DNA from: an uncultured Gemmatimonadaceae bacterium | Lineage (GTDB): Bacteria > Gemmatimonadota > Gemmatimonadetes > Gemmatimonadales > Gemmatimonadaceae | Reading direction: 5' to 3' | Assembly: GCA_963781585.1 (NCBI GenBank) | Contig: CAWAGQ010000007.1 | Span: 96,001-160,000, forward strand | Length of the DNA: 64,000 nucleotides | In this document: piece by piece, positions 27,804 through 37,471 of the stretch | How the letters are laid out: each line of letters starts with the position of its first letter | Position numbering within the stretch: position 1 is the stretch's first letter | The notes under the pieces: generated by a model | Database searches by the model: none | Seen by the model: the letters and a program-made list of their open reading frames with translations, nothing else | Told to the model about the DNA's origin: nothing | Position numbers and translations under genes: made by a program

Positions 27804-29501
27804 ATGCGCCACGTTCCCGTGCTCGCCACCGCGCTCGCGGTCGTCTCACTGGCGGCCCTCCCCGTCGCGGCGCAGCAGGTAACCGTCACGCTCGACCGCT
27901 CGGTGGCCAGCGGTCCGACCACGGGACGTCTCTTCGTCATCTTCGGCCGCACGGACACGCGCGAGCCGCGCTTCCAGGCCGGCAGCTACGGCGGCAGCGT
28001 CCCCTTCTATGGAATGGACGTCGAAGGGTTGAAGCCAGGCGCGGCGACCATCGTCGGCCCGCATGTGCCCGGGTTTCCCTTCGAGGACATGGCGCACATG
28101 CCGGCCGGTGAATACGACGCGCAGGCGGTGCTCAATGTCTACACGCAGTTCCACCGCGCTGACGGCCACACGGTCTGGGTGCACGCCGACCAGTGGGAAG
28201 GGCAGCACTGGGCCTCATCGCCGGGGAACCTGGTGAGCGAGGTCGTGAAGGTGCACTTCGATCCCAAGTCGCCTGACGTGGTCCACCTGGCGCTCACGAA
28301 GAAGCTGCCCCCGGTCGCCCTGCCGTCGGACACGCGCTGGGTGAAGCACGTCAGGATGAAGAGCGAGATGCTGTCGACGTTCTGGGGCGCGCCGGTATAC
28401 CTCGGCGCCACGGTGCTCCTCCCGCAGCGCTTCGACTCGACGTCGAGCGAGCGCTACCCGGCGATCTACAGTCAGGGACATTTCGGACTGGGCGCACCGT
28501 TCGGCTTCGTCGATCCGGATGAGTCTGACGCGGGGCGCGGTGGCCGCGGCGGCGGGCGCGGACGTGGCGGTGAGCCGAGCGTGTGGGATCCGGTGCCCAC
28601 CAGCGCCCGCGAGAGCGGATCGGAATTCGCCAGGGCGTGGACGAGCGACGGATTCCCGCGGTTCGTCGCCATCACCTGGCAGCATCCCACGCCGTACTAC
28701 GACGACTCCTACGCGGTGAACTCGGTGAACAACGGGCCCTATCAGGACGCGCTGCTCACCGAACTGGTGCCCGAACTCGAGCGGCGGTTCCACCTGATCC
28801 CCGACGCCAACGCGCGCTTCCTGACGGGTGGATCCACCGGCGGCTGGGAGTGCGCTGCGCTCCAGATCCAGCGACCGGACTTCTTCGGCGGCGCGTGGTG
28901 CCTGTATCCCGATCCGGTCGACTTCCGGCGCAACCAGACCGTCGACATCTACACGGACTCGAACGCGTTCTTCCCCAACAACGCCCGGCCGCCGGTCCCG
29001 GAACGGTCGATGAGCCGGACGCCGGAGGGGCAGGATCTCCTCTCCTTTCGCCTGATGAGTCGTCTCGAGGCGGTGTTAGGCAGCAAGGCGCGGAGCGGAC
29101 AGCAATTCGATGCCTGGGACGCCGCGTACGGACCAGTCGGCGGCGACGGATACCCGGAGCGCCTCTGGGACCGTGCGACCGGTGTGATCGACAAGAGCGT
29201 CGCCGCGTACTGGCGCGATCACGGCGACGACCTGACGTGGAACCTTCGGCAGAATTGGTCCACCATCGGGCCGCAGCTGACGGGCAAGATGCACGTCTAC
29301 GTCGGTGACATGGACAACTACTACCTGAACCTCGCCGTGTACCTGATGGAGCAGGAGTCGACGAAACTCGCGAATCCGCCGGCGAACTTCACCTTCGAGT
29401 ACGGCCGGCCGATGAAGCCGCACGGGTGGCAGCCGTTCACCAACGCGGAGCTGGTGCGGATGATGGATGCCTTCCGTCGGACGCGGGTGACGGTGCCCTG
29501 A
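27804..29501 (+). CDS. Secreted alpha/beta-hydrolase (putative esterase)
   Basis: Signal peptide, GGSTGG nucleophile elbow, DSYAVNSVNNGPY, YVGDMDNYYL, HGW. Confidence 0.85.
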   Translation: MRHVPVLATALAVVSLAALPVAAQQVTVTLDRSVASGPTTGRLFVIFGRTDTREPRFQAGSYGGSVPFYGMDVEGLKPGAATIVGPHVPGFPFEDMAHMPAGEYDAQAVLNVYTQFHRADGHTVWVHADQWEGQHWASSPGNLVSEVVKVHFDPKSPDVVHLALTKKLPPVALPSDTRWVKHVRMKSEMLSTFWGAPVYLGATVLLPQRFDSTSSERYPAIYSQGHFGLGAPFGFVDPDESDAGRGGRGGGRGRGGEPSVWDPVPTSARESGSEFARAWTSDGFPRFVAITWQHPTPYYDDSYAVNSVNNGPYQDALLTELVPELERRFHLIPDANARFLTGGSTGGWECAALQIQRPDFFGGAWCLYPDPVDFRRNQTVDIYTDSNAFFPNNARPPVPERSMSRTPEGQDLLSFRLMSRLEAVLGSKARSGQQFDAWDAAYGPVGGDGYPERLWDRATGVIDKSVAAYWRDHGDDLTWNLRQNWSTIGPQLTGKMHVYVGDMDNYYLNLAVYLMEQESTKLANPPANFTFEYGRPMKPHGWQPFTNAELVRMMDAFRRTRVTVP

Positions 29502-29573
29502 GTCGGGCCGCACCCGTCCGGGGGTCGACTCCGCTTTCGGATTTCGCTCGGCCTGCGTCCTGCCCGGAGCCGA

Positions 29574-30518
29574 TCACCTGTCTCTGCCCCGCACCAGGTA
29601 CAGCTTCTGATTCGCGTAGTCGATCTCCACACGGAACTGCTCCAGCACGTTTCCCGCCAGCGAACCCTCGATCGGAGCCGCCATCATCCGCGACATGTAC
29701 TTCTCGAACACACCCTCCTGCTGTGAGGTCACCCCGGCGTCGGACACTTGCTGGCCGCCCCACTCCAGCGCCGGCAGGAACATCGTCTCGAGTGTCTGCC
29801 CGCCGAGCGTGGCGGCGTCGCCATACGCACCGGCATACCGCTTCCAGTCCGGATGGGCCGCGCCCCACGATTTCAGAAGCGCCTCCGACACCATCGTGAA
29901 CGACGCGCCCGTATCCAGCAGCATGCCGTGCACGTTCCCGTCCACCAGAATCTCGGTGCGTGCGAATCCGCTCCGTGGGTTGACCGCCATCGCGAGCGCG
30001 GCGCCGCGCGGCGTGAGCACCCCGGGTCTGGCCAGTGTCAGCGTGCGCGCCGGATAGTCGAACACCACGTGGTATTGCGACAACACGTGACCGGGGATCA
30101 TCCCATCCGCCTGCGCTCCGGAGGCTGTGGTCATGATATTCGTGCTTCCGATCGCCACGGCCACGCGCTGCGGGTTGAGCTGGAGCGGGAAGCCGTCGAT
30201 TCGCACGTCGGGCACCCGCGACGGCGCCGCGAACACGCCGTCCTCCCCACGCTGCGGGGTCCCCCACGTCAGGCCCAGGTCGCGCGCGAGAGGCTCGACG
30301 ATGATGAATGCGCCGCCGCCGGTGTCGAGCAGCAAACGCGCGGTGCGGGTGGTGCCGTCGGCCCGGCGGAACGTGACGTCGACGAACGGCCGATGATTGA
30401 CCATCACGAGGGGCACCGTGACGGCGTTCGGTGCGGTCTGGGCGCTCGCATGCGAGACCGGCGCCGGGATGAGCGGCACCAAAAGGAGCGGGATCAGTCT
30501 CTGTCTCGCGGTGCGCAT
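29574..30518 (-). CDS. Secreted two-domain retropepsin-like aspartyl protease
   Basis: Two catalytic motifs (LLDTGG, LLDTGAS), each followed by a G-hydrophobic-hydrophobic-x-G segment. Confidence 0.85.
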   Translation of the reverse strand: MRTARQRLIPLLLVPLIPAPVSHASAQTAPNAVTVPLVMVNHRPFVDVTFRRADGTTRTARLLLDTGGGAFIIVEPLARDLGLTWGTPQRGEDGVFAAPSRVPDVRIDGFPLQLNPQRVAVAIGSTNIMTTASGAQADGMIPGHVLSQYHVVFDYPARTLTLARPGVLTPRGAALAMAVNPRSGFARTEILVDGNVHGMLLDTGASFTMVSEALLKSWGAAHPDWKRYAGAYGDAATLGGQTLETMFLPALEWGGQQVSDAGVTSQQEGVFEKYMSRMMAAPIEGSLAGNVLEQFRVEIDYANQKLYLVRGRDR

Positions 30519-30568
30519 GGTCGCTGCCGGTTCAGGGAAGGAGGGATTCGAATGCCCGTGAAGCCACG

Positions 30569-32230
30569 TTACCTGACCTGCTGCCTGCCGTAGCGCAGGG
30601 CGAAGTCGGGAATTGGTCGCGTCAGCGCCGGCGCATCCTTCACCGCGGCGAGCATCCATGCTGTGGCGAAGATCGTCTGCGTCACGCGCGTCATGCGCCG
30701 GATGTCGAGCTTGGACGCTTCGTCCCCGACGCGATGATAGTCCTCGTGCGTGCCGTTCATCCAGTTCACGGTGATCACGCCGCGCTCGAGCAGCGGTGCC
30801 GCGTCGGTGCGCGGATAGAAGAACTCCTGCGTCGCGACGTCGAAGCGGTGATCGAGCCCGATGGCAAGGTACTCGGCGTTGGTCCGCTCGAGAAGCGAGT
30901 CCAGTGACGAGCTGAGGACGCGCGGCCCCGCCAGCTGAATCTCGTCCGGCCCGGCGAGATCCTCCTCCATTGGCACGTTTGTCCCAGGCGCCTTGCTGCG
31001 GCCGATCATGTCGACGTTGTAGTACGCCACGACGCGGTCGAGCGGCACCGGCGGATGCGTCGTGAAATATCGTGACCCCCAGAGTGCTTCCTCCTCGCCG
31101 CTGTCCCAGAGGAACACGACGGTGCGGCGCGGGCGCGGTGCGCGCATCATTGCGCCGGCAACGGCCAGGAGCGCGACGCTGCCGGACGCGTTGTCGTCCG
31201 CCGCGTTGAAGATGGAATCCGCTGGGGTGCGCCGGACACCGATCGCCCCGTCGAGGTGCGCGCCGAGGACCACGGCTCCGTCGGCCGGGCCCCCGGAGCC
31301 GGGCACGATCGCCACCACGTTGCACGGCCGGAACACCTCGGCCGACGCGACGCCGATGTGGATCGTGGCCTTGCGCGTCTCGGGGAACGCGTACGACGGC
31401 GGATAGTCGCGGTTCACTTCCGCATTGGCGGCTCGCGTGGAACCACCCGGGAGGCCGGCCAGCAGAACCGTGGCGAACGCGGGCGTCACCTCCACGACGG
31501 GCACGGGCGCCGTGGCGTACGCCGACGGCACGGCTGGATACAGTTCTGTCGATTCACGCGCTCGTTCAACCATGAACGGGCTCTTCCACAACGCGACTCG
31601 GGACGCAGCGGCGATCTGGATTACCGCCGGCGCGTGCAGTTCCGGCGCCAGGTCCTCCGCCGCACTCCACTCCGTCAGGTACATGCCGAGCGACTCGAAC
31701 GACTCATCCTTCGGCATGGCAAGCGGGCCGTTGGCGACGAGGGCGCGGCCGACGGTCGCCACGTCGCGGTACGGATCGAGCTTCTTCGCCGGCGCGCGAA
31801 CGCCGTGCTGCACATACGTGAATGGCAGCGTCCACGTGCCGGAATCCGTGAACGACCATACGATGAAGTCGCGACCCGGCACGTAGCGACGACCGCCGAA
31901 GTCGATGAATGTCGCGGCAGAATCCAGCCGTAGCCGTCGCGTCGTGTAGTGTTGGCACCACCCGCCGCTGTCGCCGGCCGGGGTGAGACCGAGTTGGGCC
32001 AGGCGGCGTGACACGAAGGCGACAGCGGTGTCGAGCCCCGGCGACGGCGTGGCGCGTCCCATCAGCGCGTCGGAGGCCAGCCACGTGACGTCGGCGCGCA
32101 ATTGCGCCGAGTCGATGGCGTCGGCGGCCGCGCGCACGGCATCGGGGAGGGTTGTTGGGTTGGGAGGCGCGCATGCAACGACGGCGAGCGCGAACAGCGT
32201 GGCACGACCCAGGAACGGTGTGGCGGCCAT
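30569..32230 (-). CDS. M28 family metallopeptidase (lipoprotein)
   Basis: Lipobox VVAC; GAHLD, ADDNASG, SGEEEALWGS, NVDMIGR, DYHRVGD. Confidence 0.92.
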   Translation of the reverse strand: MAATPFLGRATLFALAVVACAPPNPTTLPDAVRAAADAIDSAQLRADVTWLASDALMGRATPSPGLDTAVAFVSRRLAQLGLTPAGDSGGWCQHYTTRRLRLDSAATFIDFGGRRYVPGRDFIVWSFTDSGTWTLPFTYVQHGVRAPAKKLDPYRDVATVGRALVANGPLAMPKDESFESLGMYLTEWSAAEDLAPELHAPAVIQIAAASRVALWKSPFMVERARESTELYPAVPSAYATAPVPVVEVTPAFATVLLAGLPGGSTRAANAEVNRDYPPSYAFPETRKATIHIGVASAEVFRPCNVVAIVPGSGGPADGAVVLGAHLDGAIGVRRTPADSIFNAADDNASGSVALLAVAGAMMRAPRPRRTVVFLWDSGEEEALWGSRYFTTHPPVPLDRVVAYYNVDMIGRSKAPGTNVPMEEDLAGPDEIQLAGPRVLSSSLDSLLERTNAEYLAIGLDHRFDVATQEFFYPRTDAAPLLERGVITVNWMNGTHEDYHRVGDEASKLDIRRMTRVTQTIFATAWMLAAVKDAPALTRPIPDFALRYGRQQVR

Positions 32231-32611
32231 CAGGGCTCTGCCCGGCCCGAGGGTGTCGGGAAGAGCTGCTCCTGGATGGCGGTCAGAACCCGCTCCCGCC
32301 GTCTGCTGCCAATTCGTGTCATGCCGCGCCGCGCAGTGGGGCCGGGAGGTGACCGTCCGGCGGATTCAACGAGCCATACATCGTTAGGCAGTTGTCGCTC
32401 GGCGACTGCCCTCGAAGAGCCGGGCTGTGACCGCGCCGAAGATGAAACCGCTCACGTCAAACGTACGGCGCCCGTTTCCTCCCGCTAGAGCACCTGGCCC
32501 GGTCGTTACCCTGGGCAGGCGACAGGCAGCCGCGCCACAGCCGAGATCGCCCCATCACTCGGTGGGGCGAGTCGCTCCGGCGTTCCCGCAGCGGAACCTG
32601 GGTGACGTCCC

Positions 32612-35428
32612 TCAACGAACCACGAAGCTGTACTTGCCCGACCCCACGCCGAACACCGCAGCCTCGCCTTCCATACGCAGGAAGTTTACGCCGCGCGCCC
32701 TTCTCGCCGGCACGCCGCTCTCCGACACACGCTCGGCGCTCTGCGCCGGCACGTACACGTCAGCCGTCGTGTTCGCCGGAATCGTGACGTCGAGCGTGAG
32801 CGTTCCCCCCTCGGTGCGCCAGCTCGACTCGATCTTTCCGCGGATGGAATTGTACGCGCCCCTGGCCCATGTGAGTCCACCGCCGGGAACGGGACGCAGC
32901 GCGAAGTGCTCATAGCCAGGATGCGCGTCGTCGTTGTTGATGCCGAGTATGACGCGGTAGATCCACTCCGCCACCGCGCCGATCGCGTAGTGGTTGAATG
33001 AATTCATCCCCTTGTCCTGAAAACCCCGGCCCTTCACGTAACCGTCCCACCGCTCCCAGATCGTCGTCGCGCCGTTCTCGATCGAGTATCCCCAGCTCGG
33101 AAACGTCGTGTTGTTGATCAGTTTGTACGCGACATCCGAGCGTCCTGCGCGCGACAGCTCGAGCATCATCCGGTAGGTCGAGTGGAAGCCGGTTGACATG
33201 TGGCCTTTGTAGGTATCGATGCCGGCGAGCATGTATCGAACGGCAGCGGCGCGCTTGTTGTCGGGCAACAGATCGAAGTGCAGTGCGAGCGCGTACCCGG
33301 CTTGCGTGTTGCCTTCGATCTGGCCGTCGTCGGTCACGTATGCCTTGTTGAACGCCGCCTTGATGTCAGTGAACAGCGCACCGTAGCGCAGCGCGTCGTC
33401 GGGCTTGCCAAGCTCCGCCGCCATGCGCGAGACGAGGTCCGTGGCATACGCGAACATCATCGTCGCGAACACGGGCTTCGGTACCTCGCCGCCTTTGCGC
33501 GGGATGGTCGAGTCGTTCATGGTGTCCGAGTTCAACCAGTCGCCGTAGTCGTTGCCGCGCTCGTTCTTCCAGAGCAGATCAGGATTGTGGCTGCGGATGA
33601 ACTCGATCCAACGCCTGGCGGGTTCGTAGTTCTCCGCGAGCTGTCGCTTGTCGCCGTACTGTTGCCAGAGCCGCCACGGCACCACGACCCCGGCGTCGCC
33701 CCAGCCGGGCACGCCCATGAAGTCACCGCGATTCATCCCGGCGAGTGTCTTCTGAAACGGCTGCGGCGCGAAATCGGGGAAACGCCCGTCGGGCGTTTGG
33801 GCGTCACGCACGTCGCGCATCCATTTGCCGAAGAACGCGCCCATGTCCGAGTTGAAGATGCTGCTGCCCACGAACACCTGGATGTCGCCCATCCAGCCGA
33901 GTCGCTCGTCGCGCTGGGGACAATCGGTGGGGATGCCGATCATGTTGTCGCGCTGCGTCCAGGCGACATTCTGCCAAAGCCTGGTGATGAGCGACGACGA
34001 CGATGCGAAGCTTCCGGCCTGGGCGAGCGCCGAGTTGACCTGACGTCCCGTGAGATCGGTGAGGCTAGGGCGCGATGAGAGACCGGTGACCTGTGCGTAC
34101 CGGAAGCCGTGATATGTGAAGTGCGGCTCGAACGTCTCGCGCGCGCTCCCCGCTCCGCCGCGCAGCGTGTAGGTGTCGGTTTGCCTGGCGCCGCGGAGGT
34201 TGTCGGTGTACAGGGTGCCGTCGTCGTTCAGCATTTCCGCGTGGGTCACCGAGATCACCGTGCCCGGTGCGCCCTGCGCGCGGATGCGCGTCCACCCGAC
34301 CATGTTCTGGCCGAGGTCGAAGACGTAGACGCCGGGTTTGGGTTCGGTGATGTGGACGGGCGTGATGTCCTGGGTGACGCGAATCGGTTCGTTGGGCTGC
34401 GCGACGAGCTTCGTGCGCACGTCCCGCGCGACATCGGCGGGTGACCAGGCTCGGTCGTCGAAAGTGACATTGTCCCATCCCGGCATGTTCTTGCGCGCGT
34501 CGTACCGCTCGCCGTTCAGGATGTCGGACGAGCGAATGGGGCCCTCGCGCGTGACGCGCCACGAGCTGTCGGTCACGATCCGCTCGGCATTGCCGGTGCT
34601 GCGCTCGATCTCGAGCTGGGCGAGCAACCGCGGATGGTCGCCGTAGATGTTCCGCGGTTTGCGAATGAGCGCCTGCGCGAGACCGATGCCGCCGGCGTAC
34701 CAGCCGTCGCCGAGCACGGCGGCGATGACGTTGTCTCCCACGTGGAGCATCGACGTGACGTCGTAGGTCTGGTACTGCGTGCGCGTGTGGTAGTCGGTGA
34801 ACTCCGGCGCCAGCACGGCATCCCCCACGCGCTGTCCGTTGATGCGGAGCTCGTAGACGCCGAGCGCGCTGGCGTGCACGATCGCGCGGACGGGGCGCGA
34901 TGCGAGCGTGAAACGTTTGCGCAGGTAGGTGGCCGCGACGTTGTCAGTCGACGGTGACGCATCGCCGATCCACTGGGCGGACCAGTCGGACGGCGAAAGC
35001 AGGCCCATCGACCACCGCGACGGAGCGCTCCATGCGGATGCGGCGCCGGCCTGATCCCATACGCGCACCTTCCAGAATGCCTGCGCGCGGGATGCAAGCG
35101 GCGCGCCGCGGTACTCGATCTGATTGGTCTCGTTGCCGGGGATCTTGCCGGAGTCCCACAGGTCGCCCTTGCTGGCGGCGAGATTCGCCGGCGATGACGC
35201 GACGAGGATCTGGTATGCCGACTGGGTGATGCCGCGCGCCGTGGGTGCCTCGATGATCCAGGAGAGGCGAGGGGCGGGCGTCTCGAGCGCGAGGGGATCG
35301 ACGAGGTACTCGGCGCGGAGGGAAGTCGCGCGGACGGCGCTCGACTGCTGCGCGGCTCGGGGGGAGGCGATGCCGAGCGCGATCGCGACGAACGCGGGGC
35401 GGAGAGAGAAGTTGGTCGGTCTCACCAT
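32612..35428 (-). CDS. GH78 alpha-L-rhamnosidase
   Basis: FDLGQNMVGW, FTYHGFRY, PTDCPQRDERLGWMGD, GATTIWERWD, MNSFNHY. AGGAGG SD before ATG 35428. Confidence 0.95.
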   Translation of the reverse strand: MVRPTNFSLRPAFVAIALGIASPRAAQQSSAVRATSLRAEYLVDPLALETPAPRLSWIIEAPTARGITQSAYQILVASSPANLAASKGDLWDSGKIPGNETNQIEYRGAPLASRAQAFWKVRVWDQAGAASAWSAPSRWSMGLLSPSDWSAQWIGDASPSTDNVAATYLRKRFTLASRPVRAIVHASALGVYELRINGQRVGDAVLAPEFTDYHTRTQYQTYDVTSMLHVGDNVIAAVLGDGWYAGGIGLAQALIRKPRNIYGDHPRLLAQLEIERSTGNAERIVTDSSWRVTREGPIRSSDILNGERYDARKNMPGWDNVTFDDRAWSPADVARDVRTKLVAQPNEPIRVTQDITPVHITEPKPGVYVFDLGQNMVGWTRIRAQGAPGTVISVTHAEMLNDDGTLYTDNLRGARQTDTYTLRGGAGSARETFEPHFTYHGFRYAQVTGLSSRPSLTDLTGRQVNSALAQAGSFASSSSLITRLWQNVAWTQRDNMIGIPTDCPQRDERLGWMGDIQVFVGSSIFNSDMGAFFGKWMRDVRDAQTPDGRFPDFAPQPFQKTLAGMNRGDFMGVPGWGDAGVVVPWRLWQQYGDKRQLAENYEPARRWIEFIRSHNPDLLWKNERGNDYGDWLNSDTMNDSTIPRKGGEVPKPVFATMMFAYATDLVSRMAAELGKPDDALRYGALFTDIKAAFNKAYVTDDGQIEGNTQAGYALALHFDLLPDNKRAAAVRYMLAGIDTYKGHMSTGFHSTYRMMLELSRAGRSDVAYKLINNTTFPSWGYSIENGATTIWERWDGYVKGRGFQDKGMNSFNHYAIGAVAEWIYRVILGINNDDAHPGYEHFALRPVPGGGLTWARGAYNSIRGKIESSWRTEGGTLTLDVTIPANTTADVYVPAQSAERVSESGVPARRARGVNFLRMEGEAAVFGVGSGKYSFVVR

Positions 35429-35625
35429 CAAAAGATCCTCCTGCCGTCGCGCGCCGCGCTCCCCACCGTCAGACCGGGTGGATACGACAAGCCGGAATTC
35501 GGGAAGCCCACACCCGATGCGGTGAATCTCCACGACACGGAACCGGAGACGAGCTGGTAGTCGGAACTCCATCCGGCGACGCCCGAGAGATCGTCGCACG
35601 TCGCTTCGAGCGGCGCCCCTCGTCG

Positions 35626-37047
35626 TCAGGTCGGCCAGTGCGACAACGCCTTCAGGACGTTGATTCTGCCAGCGCCGTACTGTGGGTCCGCACCGGCCGG
35701 TCCGAGGTCATCGACGCCGTTCAACAGCAGCTGCTTGATCTGCGCCGGACGTCTCTTGCCGTACCTGGCGATCAATTGCGCGACGAGTCCTGTGACGTGC
35801 GGCGCAGCCAGCGACGTGCCATCGCCACCGAGAATGAGCGTCCCGCTGATGCATGGAGCCGTCAGAGTGTTGCCGACGACGGCCAGGTAGTGCCTCGCGC
35901 AGAGCGCGGAGACGTAGCCGAAGTCGCTCCCGCCCGGCGCCGCGACGGTGATCGCCTGTCGCCCGTAATCGCTGTAGGGGGCGAACGCATCCACGTTGCC
36001 CCACGGACCCTGGAATGGCGCGCCGGACGTCGGTCCCGTCGCGGACACACAGATGACATGCGGGGCCTCGCAGACCACCGCGAGCGTGCGACCATCGTTG
36101 TCGAGGTTCATGGCGTCATTGCCGGCGGCGACGACGACCACCATCCCCGCGGCGTGGGCGTAGTTGAACACGTGATTCATGAGACCGACGAACCTGCCCA
36201 AGCCGGCCTTGTCGATTCCGCCGGGCACGCCGAGGCTCATGTTGGCCACGTCGGCGCCATGATCGGCGGCCCAGATCAGGCCAGCGAGAATGCCGCCGAG
36301 CGACCCGCTTCCGGTTGCGCCGAGCACCTTTACGCCGATCAGATGCGTCCGCGAGCTGACGCCGGCGAATACGACGGCGTTCGATGCAACCTGCGAGGCC
36401 ACCAGCGTCCCGTGGCCACCCAGATCGTCTATCTCGTTACGCCCCGGGAACAGCGCGTTGACAAGCGCATCATCGCTCGGAACGAACGAAGTCGACCGCG
36501 ACAGGTCCACCAGGCCGTTGAGATCGAGGTTGTCGTAATCGAGTCCGCTGTCGAGGATGGCAGCCGTTACCGACGCCGATCCGAGGTTGCCCGCCGCCCA
36601 CGCTGCCGGCGCGTAAATGGCGCGCATGTTCCACTGCAGGCCGAAGACGGCTGCGCCAGCCGGATTCGTCGGACTCAGTGCCGAGACAACCTCGGGCATG
36701 CTCCCGAGCAGAGTGGGCTTCTCCATCTGGACGACGACATCATCGTAGACGCGCGCGACACCGGGGGCTCGCGCGAGCGTCGCGGCCGCGTCGGCTGTGA
36801 GTCCACTGACGGCGGCAAAGCCCCCGTGTTCGACCACGAAGTCGACCGCACCACCTAACGAGGCCACCGTCGCCGCGAAGCCCGTGCGGACGGGGCCGTT
36901 GAATTCGACGATCGATCGACCCACAGCCGCCGACTGAACGGCCGCGTTTGCGCGTACCACCCGAGCAAGCGACGGTGCGACCGGATCCCCGGCACACGCG
37001 AAGAGGGCGATGGCAAGCGCGGCCACGGAAAGCACAGAGATCTTCAC
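35626..37047 (-). CDS. S8 subtilisin-like serine peptidase (lipoprotein)
   Basis: Triad ILDSG / HGTLVAS / GTSLAAPHV, AAGN oxyanion motif, LFAC lipobox. GTG 37047. Confidence 0.92.
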   Translation of the reverse strand: MKISVLSVAALAIALFACAGDPVAPSLARVVRANAAVQSAAVGRSIVEFNGPVRTGFAATVASLGGAVDFVVEHGGFAAVSGLTADAAATLARAPGVARVYDDVVVQMEKPTLLGSMPEVVSALSPTNPAGAAVFGLQWNMRAIYAPAAWAAGNLGSASVTAAILDSGLDYDNLDLNGLVDLSRSTSFVPSDDALVNALFPGRNEIDDLGGHGTLVASQVASNAVVFAGVSSRTHLIGVKVLGATGSGSLGGILAGLIWAADHGADVANMSLGVPGGIDKAGLGRFVGLMNHVFNYAHAAGMVVVVAAGNDAMNLDNDGRTLAVVCEAPHVICVSATGPTSGAPFQGPWGNVDAFAPYSDYGRQAITVAAPGGSDFGYVSALCARHYLAVVGNTLTAPCISGTLILGGDGTSLAAPHVTGLVAQLIARYGKRRPAQIKQLLLNGVDDLGPAGADPQYGAGRINVLKALSHWPT

Positions 37048-37126
37048 GGGGACGTCTCCGATAGTGGACGCGGCCCACAATGGCCCGATGACACCGGGCT
37101 TGTCAACGACGGTTGGTCCCGCCCGC

Positions 37127-37305
37127 GCAATGCAAACGAGATGGGCACAGAGACCAGCAGGAGCAGCGCCATGAGCGCCGCTTGCGGCTTGTGCACCGGT
37201 TTCAGCGGCTGGTAGAGCAGCAGAGCCAATGGAACCCCAAGCACCGCGGCGAGCACGTCGCTCACCACGCCGATTCGGAAGCGAAGATCAGGCCCCGTGA
37301 TCAGT
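37127..37305 (-). pseudogene. Internal fragment of a DUF4386-like membrane protein
   Basis: FRIGVVSDVLAAVLGVPLALLLYQPLKPVHKPQAALMALLLLVSVPISF with neither native end. Confidence 0.6.
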
Positions 37306-37471
37306 TCGTCATCGCGATCTGATGTCCGGCTCGGCCCGCGCCGGCTGGCTGTCGCCTGAAACCGCGAGGCACGTGGTGAGCGTGCTCGATGACGCCTGTC
37401 CCGAGTTGGCTGCCTGGCGGCACCTTCCCCGCTGGCCGCCACCGTCCTGGAGGCGTACCTTCGGGATTGCC

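Noticed and set aside
30530..30560. GGAGGGATTCGAA resembling the reverse complement of a tRNA T-arm
   Set aside because: No acceptor stem or cloverleaf can be built.
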